A DNA stretch of 64,000 nucleotides from Octopus vulgaris. Lineage: Eukaryota. The stretch spans positions 7,440,001 to 7,504,000 of the forward strand of contig OX597836.1 in NCBI GenBank assembly GCA_951406725.2. Reading direction: 5' to 3'. The notes below the pieces were generated by a model. It did not search any database, was not told where the DNA came from, and saw only the letters and a program-made list of their open reading frames with translations. Positions within the stretch are counted from its first letter, which is position 1. Each line of letters starts with the position of its first letter. Positions 1 through 13,337 of this stretch are shown piece by piece. A program made the translations under genes and the position numbers.

Positions 1-162
1 TTGCTATAAATGGGTTGGCTGTGTGTTGTCTGTGCATGCAGACAGATACATACACACACACACACACACACACAAAAGTATACAAATGTAAACATAATAC
101 AAACAAATTCTCATACAGAGATACAGAATAAAGTATTTGGCAGTTCCAAAAACAGAATGCAC

Positions 163-165
<3 letters not shown>

Positions 166-241
<76 letters not shown>

Positions 242-335
242 TATGTGTGTGTGTGTGTGTGAATATATATATACATATATATTTATATATATGTGCGTGT
301 GTGTATGTGTGTATGTATACACACACATACACATA
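166..335. repeat. (TA)n/(TG)n compound microsatellite, representative of dozens in the window (e.g. 3730-4080, 30170-30445, 43960-44520, 44975-45330, 45600-46115)
   Basis: Directly visible dinucleotide runs; they explain the IY/YI/CV/HT-rich ORFs. Confidence 0.98.
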
Positions 336-894
336 TAAAATTACAAGAATCAGTTTCAACAATGAGCAGTTTTCACGCTGGCAAATGCTGGAAGGAATAA
401 TAATAATAATAATACTACTACTAATAATAATAATAATAATAGTAATAATAATAATAATAATAACAAAAAAAGGCTATTGAAACCAAATTTTGTTTGATAA
501 TGTAACTTTATAATCTTTGCAGCCAGGCCTCAACTTGACGGATGGAATTCTCTGCGAAAAATGAAGATTAGGCATGCTACTGAAATCAATCTGATGGAAA
601 CTGGAATATTAAAGATTCCATACTCACCAGTTCTGTCATGAAATAATTCCTGTTGAAAGCTGTCTACATTAATATCCCAATAATCTGAATGGGATGATTC
701 TAGACTAAACTGGCTTTTAACTAGTTTTTGTAGTTCTTTAGTTTTCTATGCTCTCTCTCTCTCTCTTTTTTTTTTTTTTTTTGCCTTCTTTGTTACTTTA
801 TTCCAAATTCCATAACAAATGGAGACAGAATAAAAAGAGTTTTGGAGTTTTGACTTAAATTTCATCGCAATTGACAAATTTGTAATTAATGGGT

Positions 895-1122
895 TTAAAT
901 TTAGTTACAAGGTCAACAATTTTGGCAGAGTGGAGTAAGTTGATGACACCACCCCTTCCCCCCACTTATCCCCATGCTCAGCTGGTACCTATTTTATGAA
1001 TCCCAAAAGGATGAACGGCAAAGTTAATCTCAGTGGAACTTGAACTCAGAATAAAACCTGGACATAATGCCACCAAGCACATTTCCTGGGTATGCTAACA
1101 ATTCTGCCAGCTCACTGCCTTA
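895..1122 (-). mobile_element. tRNA-headed SINE with Nin/Deu-like central domain (family B), diverged copy
   Basis: Minus strand reads GGCAGTGAGCTGGCAGAATTGTTAGC...TGAGTTCAAGTTCC (A/B-box-like) followed by CCGTTCATCCTTTTGGGATTCATAAAATAGGTACCAG, resembling the Nin/Deu domain. About 20 related copies occur in the window. Confidence 0.8.
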
Positions 1123-1123
1123 G

Positions 1124-1343
1124 CCCTTTCATCACCAAACCGACTGAAACCGGCTCTGGCTCTGAGTACAAATGTCTTGTTTTCATAAGTTCTGAATTAA
1201 AATCTTCCACCAAACCTAAATCATAATTTATGTTCCTAACACTAGCTGAATGATAACTAAGTTGCTTTATTAAACTTTTTGTTATATTTAAAGTATTTGA
1301 AAGAAACACAGAGCATCTCAAAATAAATACAGTAATGAAAGGG
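1124..1343. mobile_element. piggyBac-like MITE (CCC...GGG termini)
   Basis: Terminal inverted repeats CCCTTTCATCAC / GTAATGAAAGGG with TTAG and TTTAA flanks (degenerate TTAA); same architecture as 58512-58729. Confidence 0.6.
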
Positions 1344-1350
1344 TTTAAAA

Positions 1351-1542
1351 AAATACAGACTAGACAACACATCAGAAAGTGATAAGTGCAGAATCTGTGG
1401 CTGAAATAGTGAAACTGTATGGCATATTACCAGCCAATGTACGCCACTAGCCCAGAAGGAATATAAGAGATGCCACGACAATATAGCCAGGCTTGTCCAT
1501 TGGACACTTTGCAACAAGTATGGACTTGACAGAGCAAAAAAT
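1351..1542 (+). pseudogene. R4/Dong-like (RLE-type) non-LTR retrotransposon fragment: CCHC zinc knuckle plus xHD motif
   Basis: Manual translation KYRLDNTSESDKCRICG*NSETVWHITSQCTPLAQKEYKRCHDNIARLVHWTLCNKYGLDRAKN: C-x2-C-x8-H-x4-C then Y-x-R-x-HD, typical of RLE-encoding elements; one in-frame stop. Confidence 0.85.
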
Positions 1543-1987
1543 AATGATACACCCCTCCCATGTGACGAGTGGTATGTGCTAGTCACTATAAATAAGGTGA
1601 TATCAGTCAGTATAAGGAGAGAATACAAAATAGATGGTCATAGATAGTCATAGTCTTGCATCTCTTACTAACTATATTGCTATACCAGAGTAGTGTTATA
1701 ACAATCTGACATAAAGGATTACAACTGTTAGTTAATTAAATATCTAACCAACCAATATTTGATCATTTGTTTAGTGTACTGGTTAAACAAGCAACTGATT
1801 GTTGGTCAAAGTCCCTTCATCACTATTCATGATCTTCTCAGTGACTTGTCCTCTTCCTTCAAGGTCTGCTCCGAGTCCATCTGAGAATTGGTCTCAATGC
1901 CTGCGTGTATGTATGCGTGTATGCGTGTATGTAGATGTGTGCTTGCTTAGAAGAGGAGGTAAGGGTGAGAGCAAATGAAGAGTCCGT

Positions 1988-2028
<41 letters not shown>

Positions 2029-2507
2029 GTAATTAGATGTTTGGACTAGGATTTATTTATATTGCATTATTTCGGTGAAGCATACTCCCGATCTTCTGAG
2101 CAATCCTTTGAACCAATCTATCTTTGACCCCCACCATCCACCACTACCACTACCACCACCACTACCACCTCCACCACCACAATAAAAAACAAAAACAAAA
2201 AACACAAAACACAAAACACAAAACACAAAACACAAATGACGTCAAAAAAAAATGATAAGCAAGGAATACTGGGATTAATTAACAAATTGGTTCCTTCGTT
2301 CTAAAAATGCTCTCATATCAGTTCAATCACTATTGATTAGTTTTGATTGGAAAAAGGGCTGAATACATATTTTGTTTTTTCCTTCTCCTCACATTGGGCA
2401 GCAAAAATATAATTGGTTCAGAAGAAGGCACATTGAGGTCTAGCAACAAGGTAGACTGGGACAAGTCTATCTGTCTGTGTGTATGTGTGTGTGTACTGAT
2501 CTACCAT

Positions 2508-2835
2508 GAAGGCATGTGGCTTAGTGGTTAGGGCATTCAGCTCACGACTGTAAGGTCATGGGTTCAATTCCTGGTGGTGTATTGTGCACTTGAGCATGAC
2601 GTATTATTTCACATTGCTCCAGTTCACTTGCCTGGCAAAAATAAATTGTACCTGTAATTCAATGGACCAGCTTTGTCATGTTCTGTGTCATGCTGGATCT
2701 CCCTGAGAACTATGTTGACAGTAAAATGTGTCTGTGGAGCACTCAGCCACTCACATGTTAATTTCAGAAACAAGCTGTTCCATTGATCGGATCAACTGGA
2801 ACCATTATTGTTATAGTTGACAGTGTGCCAGTTAA
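2508..2835 (+). mobile_element. tRNA-headed CORE-like SINE (family C), variant 3' tail
   Basis: GGCATGTGGCTTAGTGGTTAGG...GGGTTCAATTCC head, then a CORE-like block TTGAGCA...TTTCACATTGCTCCAG. Related pieces at 4095-4350, 20215-20465 and 52725-53050. Confidence 0.7.
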
Positions 2836-2873
2836 TATGTATGTATATATATATATATATATTGAAATGTGGA

Positions 2874-2911
<38 letters not shown>

Positions 2912-2936
2912 AGGTTCTTCTAATATATATATATAC

Positions 2937-2974
<38 letters not shown>

Positions 2975-2975
<1 letters not shown>

Positions 2976-3225
2976 GAGGCACGTGGCTTAGTGGTTAGGG
3001 TGTCAGCACCATGATTGTAAGATTGTGGTTTCGGTTCCTGGACCGGGCAACACATTGTGTTCTTGAGCAAAACACTTCATTTCACGTTGCTCCAGCCCAC
3101 TCAGCTGGCAAAAATGAGTAACGCTGCGATGGACTGGCGTCCCGTCCAGCTGAGGAACACATACGCCATATAAACTGGGAAACCGGACCTGTGAGTCTGA
3201 CTAGGCTTTAAAAGGGCACATTTTA
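2975..3225 (+). mobile_element. tRNA-headed CORE-like SINE (family C)
   Basis: tRNA-like head, CORE-like TGTGTTCTTGAGCAAAACACTT, then GCTGCGATGGACTGGCGTCCCGTCCAG; that 3' block recurs at 53107-53410. Confidence 0.75.
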
Positions 3226-3229
3226 TTTA

Positions 3230-3263
<34 letters not shown>

Positions 3264-3264
3264 C

Positions 3265-3398
3265 CATATTGTTTATATCCATTTAAAAGAAGGAAAGAAA
3301 ATGGAGATTAAGAAGTTAATAATAGTTTATAATTAACAATTATTAACTTCCTTATCTCCGTTTTCTTTCCTTCTTTTAAATGGATATTAAACTATATG
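3265..3398. repeat. Fold-back inverted repeat with ~52-bp arms next to (TA)n
   Basis: ATATCCATTTAAAAGAAGGAAAGAAAATGGAGAT... is mirrored by ...ATCTCCGTTTTCTTTCCTTCTTTTAAATGGATAT. Confidence 0.9.
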
Positions 3399-3486
3399 CT
3401 ATATCGTAATTTGAATTTAACATATGATAGCGTCTCATAAAGCAAGATTACTATGTATCTTAAATTTGCAGAAGAATTTGTGGTGT

Positions 3487-3563
3487 GGATAGTTCAGCTT
3501 AATTGGTTCAGAGCAGCGCGACGAGTAATCACGAAGGTGTGAGTTCGAGTCCCAAAACCAGCA
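3487..3563 (+). pseudogene. tRNA-like sequence (Thr-AGT-like loop), probably a SINE head or pseudo-tRNA
   Basis: D-arm-like AGCTTAATTGGTTCAGAGCA, anticodon arm CGCGA-CGAGTAA-TCACG, B-box GAGTTCGAGTCCC; the acceptor stem does not pair. Confidence 0.45.
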
Positions 3564-3788
3564 GGTAACACTTTTTTCTGCAAAGTAGGGGTAGCTTATC
3601 CTGTTCGGGTTATATTATTAGCACTATCCTGCATTTGAGAATTTAAAATCACTTCTTTAACTTTCTAAGAAATCTCAATGCTTCTAAAGCAAACTTTGTT
3701 TGTTTGTTTACATTCATCGTAATTTGAATTTATATATATATATATATACATAAATACATATATATATAAATACATATATATACATACA

Positions 3789-3822
<34 letters not shown>

Positions 3823-3834
3823 AATTATACATAC

Positions 3835-4001
<167 letters not shown>

Positions 4002-4002
4002 A

Positions 4003-4043
<41 letters not shown>

Positions 4044-4368
4044 TAAATATATATACATACATATATATATATATATATGAAAACTCTAAATGTTGGCACA
4101 TTGTGTACTTGAACAAGACACTTTATTTCACATTGCTCCAGTTCACTCACCTGGCAAAAATAGATTTTACCTGTAATTCAATGGGCTGGCATTGTTGCAT
4201 TATGTGTCACACTGAATCTCCCTGAGAACTATGTTAAAGGTCAATGTGTCTGTGGAGTGCTCAGCCAGTTGTATGTTAATTTCAATGAGCAAGCTCTTCC
4301 GTTGATTGGCTCAACTGGAACCTTTATTGTTGTAATCGACAAAGTATCAGTTAGTATGTGTGTATATC

Positions 4369-4672
4369 ATCATCATCATCATTATCATCATCATCATCGT
4401 TTAACGTCCGTTCTCCATGCTAGCATGAGTTGGACGGTTTGACCAGGATCTGGGAAGCCAGAAGGCTGCACCAGGCTCCAGTCTGATCTGGCAGTGTTTC
4501 TACAGCTGGATGCCCTTCCTAATGCCAACCACTCCGTGAGTGTAGTGGGTGCTTTTTACATGCCACCGGCACAGATGCCAGGGGAGCCTGGCAAACGGCC
4601 ACGATTGGTTTATGCTTTTTACGTGCCGCCGGCACAGAAGCCAGTCAAGGTGACACTGGCATCGACCACATC
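4369..4672 (-). mobile_element. RTE-type LINE 3' UTR / RTE-tailed repeat with (GAT)n tail
   Basis: Same sequence as the 3' end of the RTE at 7372-8073 (minus strand GGTTGGCATTAGGAAGGGCATCCAGCTGTAG...GGACGTTAAACGATGATG). Confidence 0.75.
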
Positions 4673-4923
4673 AAAGGACATGCTAGGTATGTGTACTGAG
4701 GAAGGTGAGGCTATAATGCCAGTCCAGAAACCAGTCCACATGAGTTCAAATACTTGACTGTTTGCTGAGAGATTGCCTTAGCCCATTTGCCTTCAGCTGG
4801 TTGATTTCTGTAGTTATTGTCAGTGTATTTTGGCAATTTAAATAAGAGTTTTGACTGTTATTTTCAGCAGGTAGATGTACTTAGTATGTCCTTTTACTAA
4901 TTTTAATCCTTCAGCTATTCAAT

Positions 4924-5084
4924 ACTCATTTTAATCGTTACTCATTTTAATCGTCCCTCATTTTAACCGTCACTCATTTTAATCATCACTCATGTTAACT
5001 GTCACTCATTTTAATCATCACTCATTTTAATCATCACTCATTTTAATTGTCACTCATTTTAATCATCACTCATTTTAATCATCA
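4924..5084. repeat. 16-bp minisatellite, 10 copies (ACTCATTTTAATCATC)
   Basis: Counted directly; variants ATCGTT, ACCGTC, ACTGTC and ATTGTC at the unit end. Confidence 0.95.
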
Positions 5085-5307
5085 ACTTCAAAAAATCAAA
5101 TCCTAAAGCTTTTTTTTTGTTTTTTTTTTTCTGTATATGTTTTTGTTTTTTGTCTTTTAGTGTTGATGGGAAAAACTAAATCTTTGTGATAGGAAAATAT
5201 CACCATTTACATGTTTTGGTTGAAGCAAAAGTTAATGATTCTGTGAGGAATATAAAACATTGCTTGACCTTTCTCTGGCTTTTTAGATCTTTCAACACTG
5301 ACACTCG

Positions 5308-5338
<31 letters not shown>

Positions 5339-7371
5339 AGTGTGTGTGTGTATGTGTGTGTTTGTGTGTGTTTGTGTGTGCGTATGTATGCATGTATATT
5401 TGCATGCATGTGTGTGTATGTTTGTGCATGTATGTGTATCTATATCTGCATGCATGTGTGTGTATTTGTGTGTGTGTGTGTGTGTGCATATATGTGTATA
5501 TGTATATGTGTGTGTGTGTATGTATGGGTGTGTTGTGAGAGTGTGAGTGTGTTTGTATGTGCATGTGCATGTATATGTGTGTATGTGTGTGTGTATGTAT
5601 GGGTGTGTATGTATATGCATGTTTGTGTTTATGTCTATGTATGTGCATGTGTGTGTGTGTGTGTCCTGTGAGGGATGGCCGAAAGAAGAAGAGAAGGGAA
5701 TACTCTACTACACCCTTTCCTTACTAGTACTATTGTTAAATTAGGGGACATATTTCTAGCATAGCCTTAAAGGGGTCACTTAGTAACGATCACACACAAA
5801 CTTCTACAGCGAAGGCAATTTTGTTGTTGTTTTTGTAATTGTTGATGGTGTTGTTGTTGTTGTTGATGTTTAGCATCAGATCAGCTCTGACACTGCAGAT
5901 CAAAGACATTCCCAATATGACCATCCTATCTTGTTTTTTGTTACATACAAGGAATCGAGGGTCACATTATCCAGTGTGTTTTTTAAAATGGAAAGGAGTG
6001 ACTTGGAGGGAGGTTTGGCTGTTATCTCTAGCATGTTGAAGCTACCTTCCTGTTTGCTCATATTGTCTGTGGCGTTGGTGATGGTATTTGTAATGCTGCT
6101 AACCATTTTGATGCTGATAAACCTGAGACAGCCCCTAATCTGAGTAGAGCCAATCCCTTATCCAAGTGGGACTATAGCTGATTTCTTACACATACACACA
6201 TACACACACATAAAACACATACACACACACACACACACAACACACATGCTCATATCCCTCACACACACATACCCCTCACACACATACACACACACACATA
6301 CCCCTCACACACATATACCCCTCACATACACACACACACATACCCCTCACACACATATACCCCTCACATACACACACACACATACCCCTCACACACACAC
6401 TCACACACATGCACATAGACATGCACAAACACATGTCCACTTACACACACACACATGAATGCACATACACATATGCACACACACACATACATATGTACAC
6501 ACAAAGGAGGGGGAGGAGGAGGAGGAGGAAGAAAAGGTGCAGAGGAAGAAGAAGAAGAAGAAGAAGAAGAAGAAGAAGAAGAAGAAAAAGAAGAAGAGAG
6601 TGACAGAAGAAAGAAAGAAAGAAAGAAAGAACAAAAGAAAGAAAGAACGAAAGAAAGAAAGAAAAAAAGAAAGAAAGAAAGAAAGAAAGAAACCCAGTCC
6701 TTAACTACCAATATTTTTGCTGCAGTCACTGACTTGCAACAGTTGCAGAAGAGAACTAATTCAGTTGGTTTCTAAGTTCTTGGAGTCTTGGAGTATCTGC
6801 AGAATTCATGGTCCCAGCCCTGTCTTTTAAACCAAACCAATTAAAAGAATTTATAGAATTAGAAGAAAAATAAATAAGTCTTGTGTTTCTGTAGATTTTA
6901 TCAAAATAATATTTCTGTATTTTAATACAGTCTTGCATTCTTATGTTGCCAAGAATTTAGGAATGTCAGAATGTCACCATCGCTGCCACCCTACCCCTTT
7001 GCCCAGAAATATACAGGTTCCCAACGGCACCCCCTCCACCAAGCCCCTAATTATCACCACCACAACCACTGCCTCTGACACCGGCGGCAGCAGCAGTAGC
7101 AACACCACCACCACCACCACCATCACAACCACTACCACTATAACCATCATCACCACCATCACCACCACCACCACCACCACAATCACCACCACCACCACCA
7201 CCACCACCACCAAAACCACTACCACCACCACAGCTACCAGCACCACAGCCACCATCACCACTCCCAAACAAAACCAGAAAAATTTCATAAGCCTCTGAAG
7301 GAGCCTCAAGGTGATCATTTGATCTGCTGAAAATAGAAGCCAAAATCTCCCTCAGAGCACACTAAACTCAC

Positions 7372-8073
7372 CATCATCATCATTGTTTAACGTCCGCTTT
7401 CCATGCTAGCATGGGTTGGACGATTTGACTGAAGTCTGGCAAAGCAGATTGCTGCACCAGACTCCAGTCTGATCTGGCAGAGTTTCTACAGCTGGATGCC
7501 CTTCCTAATGCCAACCACTCCGAGAGTGTAGTGGGTGCTTTTATGTGCCACCGGCACGAGGGCCAGTCAGGCGGGTTCTGGCAACAGCCATGCTCAAATG
7601 GCGCTTTTCATTGCCACCTACACAGGAGCCAGTCCAGCAGCATTGGCAACGACCTCGCTCGAATGTTTGTTTTCACGTGCCACCAGCACAAGTGCCAGTA
7701 AGGCGACGCAGGTAACGATCATGCATGAATGGTGCTTTTTACATGCCACCGGCACGGAGGCCAGTCAGCTGCTCTGGCAACGACCATGCTCATATGGGAC
7801 TCTTAGCGCTCCACTAGCATGGGTGCCAGTCATTGAATTTGTTTTTGATTTCGATTTCAATTTCACTTGCCTCAACAGGTCTTCACAAGCAGAGTTTAGT
7901 GTCCAATGAAGGAAAGCTATGCATTATATAAGCGAGCCAGTTACACCCCTGGCATAGGCCATGAGGTTATGGTCCCACTTGGCTTGCCTGGTCTTCTCAA
8001 GCACACCATATTTCCAAAGGTACCAGTCACTAGTCATTGCCTCAGTGAGGCCTAATGTTCGAAGGTTGTGCTT
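7372..8073 (-). mobile_element. 5'-truncated RTE LINE: ORF C-terminus, long 3' UTR and (GAT)n tail
   Basis: Minus-strand translation near 8070-7975 gives NLRTLGLTEAMTSDWYLWKYGVLEKTRQAK, matching the RTE C-terminal DL..LGL....DR..W pattern. Confidence 0.85.
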
Positions 8074-9026
8074 CAATCCTTTCTACTATAGACACAACGC
8101 TTGGAGTTTGTAGGGGTGGGGTGAGAGCTGAAAATAGTGACCCCAGTGTTTGACTGGTACTTATTTTATCGACCCCAAAAAGATGGAAAACAAAATTGAC
8201 CTCCTTAAGATTTGAACTGCTCCAAGTATTTTGTCACCATCACCACTTCCACCACTACCACCATTACCACCAACAACACCACCATAGCTACCAATACCAC
8301 CACCACTACTACCACCAACACCAACACCACTGCCACTACCACCACTACTACCACCACCACCACCATCATCACCACCACCACCACCACCACCACCACTACC
8401 AGCACCCAAATTCCTTCTCGTTCATTCCTGCTCAGTGGAATTTGCTTACAAACAAAACTGAAATATTTAAATAATTAGTCATGACTAATTAATTAATTAT
8501 AAACAAAAATGTCAATTTATTCTTGTTGCCGTCATCAACATGGCTGCTGTTGTTGTTGTTCTTCTTCTTGTTGCTGGTGTTGATGTCAATTGTTGCTTCC
8601 TGTTAATATTCCCAGCAGGATGGCAGAAATAATAGAATCCTCAAATAAAACTCTCCTTGTGGTAAGAAGTTTGCTTCCCAACCACAAGGTTCCAGGTTCA
8701 GTCCCACTGCACGGCCCCTGGGGCAAATGTCTTCTACTATTAAGTGCAACAAAATGGTTCATATTTGGTTGATAAAAAAATGTAATGGCAAGTATTTATT
8801 GACCTTTTTAAAAACACAGACACACAAGCACACACACATATATATATACATATAAATATATACGACGGGCTTCTTTCAGTTTCCGTCTACCAAATCCACT
8901 CACAAGGCTTTGGTTGGTCTGATGCTATAGTAGAAGACACTTGCCCAAGGTTCCACGCAGTGGGACTGAACCCGGAACTATGTGGTTGGTAAAATCGGCA
9001 CAAACTTTCCGGAAACCCAATATTTT

Positions 9027-9560
9027 TAAGCAACACACAGTTGCTGATCTCATAAAGAGAAAAACAGCTTATTTTAAATCTCTGAGCGAGAGATATGCAA
9101 TAACACTACCGAATTGTAAAGTTTATTTGCCCAGAGAATGTTGCAGTCCTATACAAGGACGATATTACTGTTGCTTAGCTCCAGGAAAACCTCTTTTCCA
9201 GTTGGCTATCAACACACAGTTTGTGTCTGTAAAGTGTAAGTCATCGCTCCCATCTCTAGCCCTACGCGATACTGACAGGCCTAGGTTTCTGGGGTTTTTT
9301 TCCATCCTCGGTGCGAGACAACCACAGGCTGGTGATGGAGACTCACTCAACTTGCTTACACTATATATTATTTAAGCGACACACAGTTGCTGATCTCATA
9401 AAGAGAAAAGCAACTAGTTTTAAATCTCCGAGCGAGAGATATGCAGTAACACTACCGAATTGTAAAGTTTATTTGCCCAGAGAATGTGACAGTCCTATAC
9501 AAGGATAATATCATTGCTGTTTAGCCCCAAGAAAACATCTTTTCTAGCTGGTTTGTGTCC
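9027..9560. repeat. Local tandem duplication (~346-bp unit plus partial second copy) of an unclassified repeat
   Basis: TTTAAGC(A/G)ACACACAGTTGCTGATCTCATAAAGAGAAAA...CCTATACAAGGA occurs at ~9025 and again at ~9371. Confidence 0.9.
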
Positions 9561-10115
9561 ATATAGTGTAAGCACAAAGCCATACGTTCTCCTACATTCT
9601 CCCAAGAAAATTCATAACAACTGCATGCCACTTTTGGAGGACCTGATAATACAGGAAAGAACGGTCTGATGCCCTTCATTATCATGTTGATATGAGGATC
9701 CATACTTTACAATACTCTCAACATTCCCTGACCTCCATTTACACAAAAACAGTATGGTCATTTGACATTCTCATTCCTGTCCTCTATAAATTTGTGTCTT
9801 TGGATATAAACAAAAAAATCAATATATTTAAAATACTATATTGATCTCATGTTGTAATCTATATTTTTAAAACCAGAAATGCACACATATACAAGCCCGC
9901 TTATATTTCAAGGCCATTATAAAATCTTTATGCATTTGTGAGTTAGAATTTTTTAAAAAACTTTGGTTTTTGTATAGAAAGAATGGGTAGATAATAATTA
10001 GAAGCCTGATACATTGATTTTATCATTGTTAAGGAAAAGGGAAAGAGGGAGACAGATAGGAAGAGAGAAGCGGATAGAAAAAAGCTAATTAAGATTGAGG
10101 AAGATAAAAGAAGAG

Positions 10116-10800
<685 letters not shown>

Positions 10801-10999
10801 GGGGATAATATATAAGGAGTAGACAACTACCATATATATAATATCTTGGCTTTTCAAGTCGTTTCAATATAAGTTGTTCTCGATTCTACGTCAGTTTTCA
10901 AATCTAATAAAAATGGAAAAATAAAAATCAAGTCAAGACATTTTACTTGACATTATGTCTATCTGTAAATGTAACATGTGACAATTATTCGGTAGCCAT

Positions 11000-11061
11000 G
11001 ATAAAACTCCGAGTTTCGGATGTCGGGGTGGAAATCCACGCTGCCATCTCTTCAGTTTATC
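11000..11061 (-). ncRNA. Degenerate type-I hammerhead ribozyme motif with long stem II
   Basis: Minus strand: GATAAA CTGAAGA GATG-gcagc-GTGG-attt-CCAC-cccga-CATC c GAAA CTC g GAGT TTTATC. Both conserved boxes and three helices are present, but the register is off by one base at stem II and at the cleavage position. Confidence 0.55.
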
Positions 11062-11282
11062 CAGCCATCGGAAAAATGCTATGAAAAATGACCGTTAAAC
11101 AAATACAGGACAGGCTTTCTTTCAGTTTCTGTCTACCAAATCCACTCACAAGGCTTTGGTTGGCCTGAAACTATAGCAGAAGACACTTGACCAAAGTGCC
11201 ACGCAGTGGGATTGAACCCAGAACCATGTGGTAGGAAAGCAAGTTTCTTACCACACAGCCATGCCTCTGCCTATATACACAC

Positions 11283-11365
<83 letters not shown>

Positions 11366-12068
11366 CGAGTGAAGAGAGAGAAAGCCAGACCTTTCCACTG
11401 CAAAATGTGATGTGAGTCATCATTTGTTATCGATAATAATTTGAGGGAGAATTGACTGCTATTTTTATCAGGTGTTGCCTATTGCACAGAAAGAGGTCTC
11501 CCTCACTGGCTCAGAATTATGCCTCATGTGTAACTCGTAGCTGTAACAATCAGATCGATTTCTCTTCCTGAAACAGCTGGTTAGCCTTTCTCTGGATCAA
11601 TCAATATAGTAGATCTGGATGACCTGACAAGGTGATCAATGACGACATAGATGAGACAATCAGCACCCCACCCCCATCTCCCCCACTCCAAAACCCCACC
11701 CAACCCTTCTCCTTCCCACCAGTGCAACCAACCAGTAGTAAATTAGTTTCAAGTTTCTGGGACAGGGCCAGCATGTTCAGGGGAGGAGGGTAAGTCAATT
11801 ACATTGACCCCCAGTATTTAACTGCTATGTATTTTATCAATCCCAAAAGGTCAAAAGGCAGAGTTGACCCTGGCTGCATTTGAACTCAGGACATAAAGTT
11901 GGAAGAAACATCACTGAGCATTTTGTCCAACCACCACACCAACCAACCAACCAGCCAGCCAACAATCTGTGCATTCAAACTCCTGTGTGAGTCAGCCAGG
12001 AAGCTTGTATGCGGTCACTCAATAAGCTAGAAATAACAGTCAAATTTCCTTTAAATCACACCTTGTAG

Positions 12069-12223
12069 CAGTGGTTCTCAACCTTTTTAAAATTTGGGAC
12101 AGACCTAAAACCTGTTCTGTTGTTTTGTTTTTTTTATATTTGTAGAGAAAAGATGGTTGGGAGCTGCTGGAAGGATTCTTGAGGGCTGCATGTGGCCCTA
12201 AGGACCACTACTGAGAACTGCTG
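12069..12223. mobile_element. hAT (Charlie-like) MITE
   Basis: Ends CAGTGGTTCTCAA / CTGAGAACTGCTG; imperfect 8-bp target duplication CCTTGTAG / CCTTATAA. Confidence 0.75.
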
Positions 12224-12267
12224 CCTTATAATCTTAACCAGTACCTCAGAGTCTAATTGAAATCTTA

Positions 12268-12898
12268 TCATTATCATCATCATTTAATGTTCATTTTCCA
12301 TCCTGACATGGATTGAATGGTTTGACAGGAGCTGGCCAGGCTCCACATCAGTTTTGGCTCAGTTTCTATGGCTGGATGCCCTTCCTAATGCCAACCACTT
12401 TGCAAAGTGTACTGGCTGCTTTTACACACCACTGGTATGGGTGCTATTACATGGCACCACCAAGGGTGCTTTTTACGTGGCACCAGTGGCACCCATGAGC
12501 CTGCAAGACTAGCAACACTCAGCTGAAGAGGGATGCAGGGGACATGCCTAGATGCAAGGACAATCACGTATTTACTTGATGTGTCTCCTCAAATACAGCA
12601 ACCCATCAAAATCTCAGACCCTTGTCATCCCTTCTGTGAGGTCCAATGTCTGAAGATCCTTTCTCACCATCCCTCCACCGTGAGAGATTGGCACTCCATG
12701 ATGCAGCTGTCTTCATCCACATATGACTGTGCAGGAGTGGCTGTGTGGTAAGTAGCTTGCTTACCAACCACATGGTTCCGGGTTCAGTCCCACTGCATGG
12801 CACCTTGGGCAAGTGTCTTCTACTATAGCCTTGGGCCGACCAAAGCCATGTGAATAGATTTGGTAGACGGAAACTGAAAGAAGCCTGTCGTATATATG

Positions 12899-12933
<35 letters not shown>

Positions 12934-13337
12934 GTTTGTCCTCCCAACATCGCTTGACAACCGACGCTGGTGTGTTTACGTCCCCATAACTTAGCGGTTT
13001 GGCAAAAGAGACCGATAGAATAAGTACTAGGCTTACAAAGAATAAGTCCCGGGGTCGATTTGCTCGACTAAAGGCAGTGCTCTAGCATGGTCGCAGTCAA
13101 ATGACTGAAACAAGTAAAAGAGTACCAGCACTGTCTTCTCTCTTCCACACCATGTCTGATGTCTCATCTTCCCATTTTTCTCTCAAATCACGTACACCCT
13201 CTTGTACACGCACACTGACATTACCCGTCCAGTGGCATATACTGGTTGCATTTGAAGCCTTCGCATGTCCTCAGCAGCCACAGCCCATTTCTCACTGCCA
13301 TGTAGCATAGCTGTTGAACAGATTTCATACACAGTCA
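12268..13337 (-). mobile_element. Decayed RTE LINE 3' portion interrupted by a family A SINE
   Basis: Minus-strand peptides TAMLHGSEKWAVAAEDMRRL (13.25-13.32 kb) and DEDSCIMECQSLTVEG / VRKDLQTLDLTEGMTR (12.6-12.72 kb); (GAT)n tail at ~12270. Confidence 0.85.
12731..13122 (+). mobile_element. Full-length tRNA-headed SINE with internal (TA)n(TG)n (family A)
   Basis: Head GCAGGAGTGGCTGTGTGGTAAG...GGGTTCAGTCCC, CORE-like CACCTTGGGCAAGTG, internal microsatellite, tail TGACTGAAACAAGTAAAAGAG. Probably one of the published octopus tRNA-SINE families; name not verified. Confidence 0.9.

Noticed and set aside
628-746. Possible minus-strand exon KTKELQKLVKSQFSLESSHSDYWDINVDSFQQELFHDRT ending at CTG|GTGAGT
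   Set aside because: The donor is good but there is no convincing acceptor and the peptide is not recognised.
2237-2244. Single perfect CRE TGACGTCA
   Set aside because: An isolated 8-mer in low-complexity sequence; expected by chance in 64 kb.
3487-3563. Functional tRNA gene (also the SINE heads at 2508, 2975 and 53107)
   Set aside because: Acceptor stems do not pair and the sequences continue into repeat bodies.
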